A stretch of DNA of 32,000 bases from Candidatus Hermodarchaeota archaeon (lineage in GTDB: Archaea; Asgardarchaeota; Heimdallarchaeia; Hodarchaeales; Hodarchaeaceae), in contig JBHLKY010000001.1 in assembly GCA_048886185.1 (NCBI GenBank), positions 180,001-212,000 of the forward strand, written 5' to 3'. Under the pieces are notes generated by a model. It ran no database searches. It worked only from the letters and a program-made list of their open reading frames with translations, and was not told where the DNA came from. The translations under genes and the position numbers were made by a program. Below are positions 25,401-32,000 of the stretch, piece after piece (positions within the stretch are counted from its first letter, which is position 1; the number at the start of each line of letters is the position of its first letter).

Positions 25401-25666
25401 TTTGAATCTCCTAATTAATTGAAAAATCATTTGTTACTTCTTGAGTAAAGGAACACAGTGATGCTATAAATTTTAGTAAGACTTCACAGGATTAAACATA
25501 TTTCTTTGATACTCCATTCTAAAGTACTGTGATTTTAATGAAATACAATATTACTTAGATAATTTTTTAGATTTATTGGTGTACTTCAGGAGTTACTCAA
25601 AGTATAACAATAAGTAATGACTAATGTGTTTAATTTTCATATTATTCATGGACTCTGCAATGTTAC

Positions 25667-26491
25667 TTATAAAACTTCATTTAATGATCCAGTTCTATAA
25701 CCATGGCAATCAATTGTCACATATGTAAATCCAAGTTCCTTTAGCTTCTGTTGCAGCTCATCTAGAATCTCTACTTTTAGTAATTTTTCGCGTTCCTCTT
25801 GAGCTACTTCAATACGGGCAATTCCGTCATGATCTCGAACTCTGAGGACTTTAATTTGAAATGAATCTAGGATGAATCGTTCTGCTTGTCCAACTCGATG
25901 GAGTTTTTCTGGAGTTATTTTGACTCCGTATGGAAAACGTGAACTCAAACAAGCTAAGCTGGGTTTTTCCGCATTAGGTAGTTTAAAATGTCGTGCTAAC
26001 TCTCGGATATCAGCTTTCGTTAGTTTATTATTCAAGAGAGGTGAATCAATGGATTTTTCTTTCAATGCATTAAGACCTGGGCGATGGCCAGTTACCTCTG
26101 AGAAGTTTGTTCCTTCTAAAATGATTTGTGCATTCTCTTCAACTGCTATCTTCTGTAATTCTTCGGATAAAATCTTTTTACAGTAATAACAACGATTTTT
26201 AGGATTTGAAGAGAAATTTTCATCTTCTAATTCATTACTCTTAATAATTCTATGTTCCCACCCACGATTAAGGGCAATCTCGGTTGCTTCTTGAACTTCT
26301 CCAGGTAAGACGGTAGGAGAATCCACAGTTACCGCTATCATTCTCTTTGCAAATCGATGTCCTAGTTCAGCCAATACAGAAGAGTCCACACCGCCAGAAT
26401 AAGCAATTATAACTGTTTTTCCAGTAAAATAATGCTTTAAATTTGTTATCTTCATCTGAAGATTAGGAGATAGTTCATTTTCAATGAACAA
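25667..26491 (-). CDS. larE: ATP-dependent sulfur transferase LarE (NPN cofactor biosynthesis)
   Basis: AYSGGVDS PP-loop, NPKNRCYYCK, EGTN...RPG, KPSLACLSSRFPYG, RVRDHDGIARIE. Confidence 0.93.
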   Translation of the reverse strand: MFIENELSPNLQMKITNLKHYFTGKTVIIAYSGGVDSSVLAELGHRFAKRMIAVTVDSPTVLPGEVQEATEIALNRGWEHRIIKSNELEDENFSSNPKNRCYYCKKILSEELQKIAVEENAQIILEGTNFSEVTGHRPGLNALKEKSIDSPLLNNKLTKADIRELARHFKLPNAEKPSLACLSSRFPYGVKITPEKLHRVGQAERFILDSFQIKVLRVRDHDGIARIEVAQEEREKLLKVEILDELQQKLKELGFTYVTIDCHGYRTGSLNEVL

Positions 26492-26633
26492 GGGATTCTA
26501 CCTCATTTTCATTATTATTATTTGAAAATAATATTCGTGATGATTCGACTTTCGGATTTTTCTATTAAATCACTCATTCAAGATAATCAGTTTAAGGAAT
26601 TCATCAATTCTTTCTCATACGAATTTAAATAGC

Positions 26634-27431
26634 TCAATCACTTACGTGATTACATTGTTTTGCAATCAAGGCTGCTGTAGCTCCCGCATTAATACCATTA
26701 TCTATATTTACTACAACTAAACCTGGAGAACAGCTTTGAAGCATTGTCATTAATGCACCTACTCCTTTACCCCCGTAACCGTAACCAGTTGATGCTGGAA
26801 CACCAATCACTGGTACATCAACTAAGCTGGATACCATGATCGGTAAGGCGCCTTCCATCCCAGCAATGGCAATTATAACTTTCACCTTGTTTTTCAAAAT
26901 TTCCTTTAAAGGCTCAAACAGTCGATGGACTCCTGCTATTCCAACATCATTAAACTGTATGGCGTCAACACCCATTAATTGCGCCATAGCTTTCGCTTCT
27001 TCGGCTATAGGAATATCTGATGTTCCTGCCGTTAATATTCCTATTTTATAAGGAGATGGGGAGAATTGAAAATTCTTTGTCGTTATAGTAACAGTATAAG
27101 GTTCATAAGCAGGCGAAATGACAAGATTATATTGTCTAGAAAACCCCTCCTTAAGGAGATCAAGATGTTTCTGTAGCACACGAGAAAGTAAAATAGGAGA
27201 GTTATTTTGCATATGTCGTGAAACAATGGCATTCAGAACTTCTGGACTCTTTTTCTCTGCATAAATCACTTCAGGAATTCCCTTACGCAAGTGACGACCT
27301 GTATCAAGAGCAACTCCGTTTTCAATAAATTCAATTCTGAAAAGGCCCAGTGCAGATTTTGCTTCTTCTAGGCTTAGTTTTCCATCTTTCAATTGTAATA
27401 GAATAGTATCTATATCATTCATTTTCTTCAT
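26634..27431 (-). CDS. larB: NPN cofactor biosynthesis carboxylase/hydrolase LarB
   Basis: DTGRHLRKGIPEVIYAEKK, AGTSDIPIAEEA, DVGIAGVHRL, AGMEGALP, PVIGVPASTGYG, MLQSCSPG, VNIDNG. The start may be 27422. Overlaps the larC stop. Confidence 0.95.
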   Translation of the reverse strand: MKKMNDIDTILLQLKDGKLSLEEAKSALGLFRIEFIENGVALDTGRHLRKGIPEVIYAEKKSPEVLNAIVSRHMQNNSPILLSRVLQKHLDLLKEGFSRQYNLVISPAYEPYTVTITTKNFQFSPSPYKIGILTAGTSDIPIAEEAKAMAQLMGVDAIQFNDVGIAGVHRLFEPLKEILKNKVKVIIAIAGMEGALPIMVSSLVDVPVIGVPASTGYGYGGKGVGALMTMLQSCSPGLVVVNIDNGINAGATAALIAKQCNHVSD

Positions 27432-28650
27432 CTCGTTTATGGATCTCTGTTAAAATCCGTTTATTAATCTCTCGTAGTGAAACTCCCTTTTGACGTGCTA
27501 TTCTTTTTAAATCTTCATATTCTATCTTTTCTGAGATGAGTTCGGAATTCAAGAATCCCTTTTTAAGCTGAACAGTTTCCTCATTATTCAGAACTTTAAT
27601 TTGATGGATAGTTAACTCACGGGGTACTATATGACGAAATCCTCGGAGTACTCGTACCCCTAATGTGCCTAATTCACGGGCCAGAATCGTTGTTACCTGA
27701 AGGGACTTTGAAGGTTCTACAATAGCCTGGATAAGAAATCCTGGTCGATTTTTTTTCGAAACAGTGCTGATTATTGAGAGATCAAGGACTAGTTTTTCTT
27801 CAAATAAAATGTCAAAAAGATAACCAAGGGTTTCTCCATCCACATCATCAACATTCGTCTCCAAAATATTAATTTCCTCTTCTGCTAAATCTATAGGTAC
27901 TGAACCACGAAGAAATTGTAGATAAGAAGAGATTCCTTGTTTATATGATCGTGTCCCGAAACTTCTGCCAATCTCATGAATTTTCATCAAAGGAAGATAG
28001 TTAATAGAAGTGGCATCAAGAGAGGCGAGTAATGAAGCTCCTGTAGGTGTAAGTAATTCTTCTTCAATTGGACCTCCTTTGATTAATAATTCTCCTTGTT
28101 GTACAATCTCTATTGTAGCTGGCCCTGGGGCGGATACTTGCCCATGAGCGATTTTTAATAACCCTCCTCCTACAGCTATTGGAAGAATATAGGTTTGTGA
28201 TTTGAACAGTCCTAACTGGTCCCAAAGATAAGTAAATCCAATAATATCAAATATAGTATCGATGGTGGATAATTCATGGAAATGAACATTATTTAAATCT
28301 TGACCATGGACTTTTGCTTCTGCTTTCAGAAGGAAAGAATAAGCTTTAAGAGCCATTTCGTGACTTTTAGGAGAAAAATTCAACTGATTACTCAATTCTG
28401 TTAAAATTTTATTCAATTCTTGAGGTAAGAATTTCTTGTCTGTTTCAGTACGAATTTGGCAGCCAAGAAATCCTTGTTTTTTAACAGAAAGACATTTCAA
28501 TTGAAATTCAGGATCATACTTAGTAAGAAGGTTTTGAAAGAGTTCACAAAACTCAATTCGATAACTAGCCTCCTGTGTATCTAGCAAGGCTGCGATCAAA
28601 AGATCCCCCGCAGCACCTGATACACTAGGATCTATTATTTGAAGTGACAT
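27415..28650 (-). CDS. larC: NPN cofactor nickel-insertion protein LarC (single ORF)
   Basis: SGAAGDLLIAALLD, EAKVHG...VHFHEL, HG-x-V-x-x-PGPAT, ELLTPTGA, ETNVDD-x-x-GE, KKNRPG, TLGVR, EYED. Confidence 0.93.
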   Translation of the reverse strand: MSLQIIDPSVSGAAGDLLIAALLDTQEASYRIEFCELFQNLLTKYDPEFQLKCLSVKKQGFLGCQIRTETDKKFLPQELNKILTELSNQLNFSPKSHEMALKAYSFLLKAEAKVHGQDLNNVHFHELSTIDTIFDIIGFTYLWDQLGLFKSQTYILPIAVGGGLLKIAHGQVSAPGPATIEIVQQGELLIKGGPIEEELLTPTGASLLASLDATSINYLPLMKIHEIGRSFGTRSYKQGISSYLQFLRGSVPIDLAEEEINILETNVDDVDGETLGYLFDILFEEKLVLDLSIISTVSKKNRPGFLIQAIVEPSKSLQVTTILARELGTLGVRVLRGFRHIVPRELTIHQIKVLNNEETVQLKKGFLNSELISEKIEYEDLKRIARQKGVSLREINKRILTEIHKRDEENE

Positions 28651-28897
28651 ATTCTTATTTCCTTTTGAAAAAGACAGTTGTTACATTAGATTCGATATTA
28701 TTTCGTTAGATCATAATTAGATTGATTATCAGTTATTATAGTATGGTAAAAACAGTCATTATAAGATTTTAATTAGTACATATAGGATGGGGTTAAATTA
28801 ACCTTACAATAGGTCAACAAGACTCAAAGAAAGATTCGTATAATATTTTTCTAGTTAAAAAAAGACAAAAAGAATTACTATATGTAGGGAGGATACA

Positions 28898-31219
28898 ATG
28901 AACTATCATGTTATTGGGAAGTCTGTGCCTCGTCAGGACTCAAAAGCGAAAGTAACAGGTACAGCTCTTTATATTGATGATTTACGTTTTCCTAGGACAC
29001 TGCATCTTAAAGTTTTGCGAGCTGGAGTAGCTCATGCGAAGATAAAATCCATAGAAATCTCTGAAGCCAAATTATCACCTGGTGTTCAAAAGGTTATAAC
29101 TGGACGATCGAAAATCGTAAATCAGGAGATATTGTACGGGACTTGTATATTTGATCAACCTCCCCTTGCCATTGATAAAGTTAGACATGCTGGAGAAGTT
29201 GTTGCAGCTGTTATCGCTGAAACCGAAAAAGAAGCGTTGACAGCTGTTCAGAAAATACGTGTAGAGTACGAAGAGCTTCCATTTGTACTAGATCCGATTG
29301 AGTCAGCTTCTTCTACTAGTCCGTTGATTCATGAATGGAATGGAAAATACAAACATCTACCAACTTTTGTCCCAGTTCCAGGATCCAATATTTTTTACAA
29401 ATATCATTTGAAGAAAGGAAACCATGAGGATGTTTTTCAAGATGCCGATGTGATAATTGAAGATAATTTCGAGTATCCATTGATGAATCATGCAGCAATT
29501 GAACCGCATGGAGCCATAGCTTGCTGGAATCGTGAAGGAGAACTTCATATTTGGAGCAGCTCTCAAGCTCCCTTTGTTGTACGTGAGGTTCTGACTCAAA
29601 TGTTCCATATTCCGATGACGAATATTCACATACATGTTCCTTTTTTAGGAGGAGGATTTGGGGGCAAATCAGACTACACAATTGAACCTCTTCTTGCAGT
29701 ATGTGCTCGAGCTGTTCCTGGATATCATGTCAAATTTCGTCTTACTAGAAAAGAAGTTTTCATTGGCACTGTATTAGGGCGTGGATTAAAAGGAAAAATG
29801 AAAATCGGTTCAAAAAAGGATGGTACTTTTGTTGGACTTGAAGCTGAATTGTATTTTTCTGATGGTGCTTATGCAGATACAAGTTGTAATGTAGTTCTGG
29901 CTGCAGGACACAATTCTGCTGGTCCTTATTATTTTCCTAATTGTAGTCTACAATCTTTTGGGGTGTATACAAATTCACCACCTGTTGGTGCAATGAGGGG
30001 TTATGGTCATCCCGAAGGACAGTTTATGATTGAAAGATTGATTGAACAATTAGCGCGTAAACTAGACATGGACTCCAATGAGCTACGTATGCTAAATTTT
30101 CTAAAAGCAGGTGATACTAACTCATTAGGACAACAAATTACAGCTCATAATGGGGATATGAGGGAGTGCTTTGAGAAAATGGTTGCAGCTCTAAAAGCAA
30201 ATCCATTACCAGAAGAAGATGAAGTATATTTCTATGGTAGAGGAGTTGCTGCATTAGTAAAATCTCCTGTTCAAGCTGCAAATGCTTCATCAAGCGTTTT
30301 CTTAAAATTTAATGAGGACTTAACCGTCAATATCTCAATAGGGGGGATAGAAATGGGTCAAGGATGTCTTACAGTACTCGCACAAATAGCTGCAGAAAGT
30401 CTTCAACTTCCCTTGGAAAAAGTTCGGATTAATTATGAAATTAATACACAACTAACTCCTTATGAATGGCAAAGTGTGGCGAGTATGACCACAATGAGGG
30501 TTGGAAATGCCATAATAACTGCTTGTAAAAGAGCAATTGAGCAATTTAAACAAAATGCCGCGTTAGTCCTTAATTGCGATTCCAAAGAATTGATTTACGA
30601 TGGTAAAAACGTATCTCGGGGACAAGAGAGCATTTCATTAAAAAATCTCGTCCTTGGATATCAATACGAAGATGGCCATACTATAGGTGACCCAATTTTA
30701 GCTTCTGGATCTTCTGTTGTTAGGAATGTAACCTTTCCTAATCTTGAAAGTGGTCAATATCAGCCATATGAATGGACTTTCGGTGCACAAGGTTGTGATA
30801 TTAGTATAGAAAAATCAACTGGTAAGATAAAGGTTTTACATATTGTAACAGCTCTTGATATTGGGAAAGTAATTAATCCTAAGACTGTTCATGGTCAAAT
30901 AACAGGAGGAGTTCTGATGGGGATAGGAGCAGCACTTAAAGAGATAATTATTTTTGATGCAAATGGAATTATGGAAACAACCACTCTACGAAAGTATGCA
31001 ACTCCCAGAATATCTGATATGCCTGATAAATTCACCTATATTCTTATTGAAAACCCTCAACCAGATGGCCCATATGGTGCAAGGCCTATGGCTGAACATC
31101 CTATTATAGGAGTTCCACCTGCAATTCTTAATGCTCTTCAAAATGCTACAGGTATTTCGATAACAAAATTACCAGCTACATCTGATAAAGTACTAATAGG
31201 TTTAGTGGAGAGGAGTTGA
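28898..31219 (+). CDS. Xanthine dehydrogenase/aldehyde oxidoreductase family molybdopterin-binding subunit
   Basis: RQDSKAKVTG, VRHAGE, HAAIEPHG, SSQAP, LGGGFGGK, AMRGYG, EMGQG, SVAS, GQITGG, MAEHP; SD GGGAGG at 28887-28892. Confidence 0.95.
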   Translation: MNYHVIGKSVPRQDSKAKVTGTALYIDDLRFPRTLHLKVLRAGVAHAKIKSIEISEAKLSPGVQKVITGRSKIVNQEILYGTCIFDQPPLAIDKVRHAGEVVAAVIAETEKEALTAVQKIRVEYEELPFVLDPIESASSTSPLIHEWNGKYKHLPTFVPVPGSNIFYKYHLKKGNHEDVFQDADVIIEDNFEYPLMNHAAIEPHGAIACWNREGELHIWSSSQAPFVVREVLTQMFHIPMTNIHIHVPFLGGGFGGKSDYTIEPLLAVCARAVPGYHVKFRLTRKEVFIGTVLGRGLKGKMKIGSKKDGTFVGLEAELYFSDGAYADTSCNVVLAAGHNSAGPYYFPNCSLQSFGVYTNSPPVGAMRGYGHPEGQFMIERLIEQLARKLDMDSNELRMLNFLKAGDTNSLGQQITAHNGDMRECFEKMVAALKANPLPEEDEVYFYGRGVAALVKSPVQAANASSSVFLKFNEDLTVNISIGGIEMGQGCLTVLAQIAAESLQLPLEKVRINYEINTQLTPYEWQSVASMTTMRVGNAIITACKRAIEQFKQNAALVLNCDSKELIYDGKNVSRGQESISLKNLVLGYQYEDGHTIGDPILASGSSVVRNVTFPNLESGQYQPYEWTFGAQGCDISIEKSTGKIKVLHIVTALDIGKVINPKTVHGQITGGVLMGIGAALKEIIIFDANGIMETTTLRKYATPRISDMPDKFTYILIENPQPDGPYGARPMAEHPIIGVPPAILNALQNATGISITKLPATSDKVLIGLVERS

Positions 31220-31223
31220 TAAT

Positions 31224-31706
31224 ATGGAGATTAAACTTACAGTTAATAATAGAAAATATACGCTTGAGGTCGATCCTAAGGATTCTTTACTTTTTATTCT
31301 TCGTGAACGTCTAAATTTAACTGGAACTAAAAATGGGTGTAATCAAGGTCACTGTGGAGCGTGTACTGTTATCTTAAATGGTGATGCTGTTAAATCTTGT
31401 CTAATAAAGTCCAACAAGCTCGACGGGGCGAATATAACAACAATTGAAGGGATCTCTCCTGACTCACTTGATTTCGAGTTACACCCTATTCAGGAAGCAT
31501 TCGTTAAGACCACTGCTGTTCAGTGTGGCTTTTGTACTTCAGGGTATATTATGGAACTATATGCTCTCTATGAAAAAAATCTTGATATTTCGGAACAGGA
31601 AATAAAATCAGCTTTAGAGGGGCACTTATGTCGTTGTACAGGTTATCGGCCCATTCTAGATGCTGCATTACTTGCTCAGAAGATAATATCACAAAAGAAG
31701 TTGTGA
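31224..31706 (+). CDS. (2Fe-2S)-binding small subunit of a Mo-hydroxylase (CoxS/XdhC-like)
   Basis: GTKNGCNQGHCGACTV...C and QCGFCTSG...LCRCTGY. Confidence 0.96.
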   Translation: MEIKLTVNNRKYTLEVDPKDSLLFILRERLNLTGTKNGCNQGHCGACTVILNGDAVKSCLIKSNKLDGANITTIEGISPDSLDFELHPIQEAFVKTTAVQCGFCTSGYIMELYALYEKNLDISEQEIKSALEGHLCRCTGYRPILDAALLAQKIISQKKL

Positions 31707-31716
31707 TTTTTCTCTT

Positions 31717-32000
31717 TTATTTCAATCCGACAAATTCATATTTGTAGTTCATTCCATCTATTTCTAGGAGTACTATGGTATTACGAGGGGCAAAATATCT
31801 ATCTGTGGGGGATCCAGGATTAATGAAAAGAATATCATCTTTAAATTTAGCAATGGGTTTATGTGTATGCCCACTCACAATAATATTAGGATGTGGAACA
31901 TTACTAAACTCGTTCAGAACGCGTTTAAAATAACCTGAGGATCCCCCACTTCCATGAGTTATACCAATCAATAAATTTTCAACTTGAAACACTTCTCGTT
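31717..32000 (-). CDS. YfcE/MJ0936-like metallophosphoesterase, C-terminal part (5' end beyond the window)
   Basis: GITHG, VSGHTHKP, INPGSPT. The frame stays open from 31992 to the window edge (...REVFQVE), so the track's GTG start is probably not the real start. Confidence 0.85.
   Translation of the reverse strand, partial: REVFQVENLLIGITHGSGGSSGYFKRVLNEFSNVPHPNIIVSGHTHKPIAKFKDDILFINPGSPTDRYFAPRNTIVLLEIDGMNYKYEFVGLK

Noticed and set aside
28898-31219. Aerobic CO dehydrogenase (CoxL) assignment
   Set aside because: It lacks the AYxCSFR (form I) and AYRGAGR (form II) loops.
1202-31992. Short ORF-track entries antisense to or out of frame within real genes (e.g. 1202-1402, 1544-1789, 3537-3722, 4318-4581, 7948-8145, 8184-8450, 18346-18612, 19855-20172, 20371-20751, 21189-21467, 23926-24246, 25872-26186, 29316-29681)
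   Set aside because: They overlap well-supported genes and show no recognisable motifs; they are shadow ORFs.
1-32000. CRISPR array, tRNA/rRNA, IS element or prophage
   Set aside because: No regularly spaced short direct repeats, cloverleaf/rRNA-like sequence, transposase or integrase was recognised by eye; short RNAs could be missed without covariance-model searches.

Overview
AT-rich prokaryotic window, most likely from an Asgard archaeon (Heimdallarchaeia-like). This is inferred from a Rab-like small-GTPase fold gene, an archaeal-type geranylgeranyl reductase, a large glycoprotein with a PGF-CTERM-like tail and oligo-T terminators; no rRNA marker is present. Left to right: a tandem pair of beta-class (M.BamHI-like) DNA methyltransferase genes, one intact but cut by the window edge and one apparently catalytically dead with an N-terminal HTH; geranylgeranyl reductase; uvrA; a 1532-aa repeat surface protein; a heterodimeric ABC exporter; an M42 peptidase; a six-gene minus-strand operon (SCP2, SDR, SDR, membrane protein, Rab-like pseudo-GTPase, GNAT); GrpB; an operon of acyl-CoA dehydrogenase, FdrA, an unannotated 56-aa FdrA-tail ORF and DUF1116; larC-larB-larE with no larA in the window; a xanthine-dehydrogenase-family Mo subunit plus 2Fe-2S subunit with no adjacent FAD subunit; and a partial metallophosphoesterase. 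I saw no tRNA, rRNA, CRISPR array or transposase. The best candidates for something undescribed are (1) the active plus pseudo-methyltransferase pair and (2) the Rab-like protein that has lost all nucleotide-binding G motifs, sits in a lipid-handling operon and is in frame with the downstream GNAT across a single TGA. All family assignments come from motif recognition by eye, not database searches.
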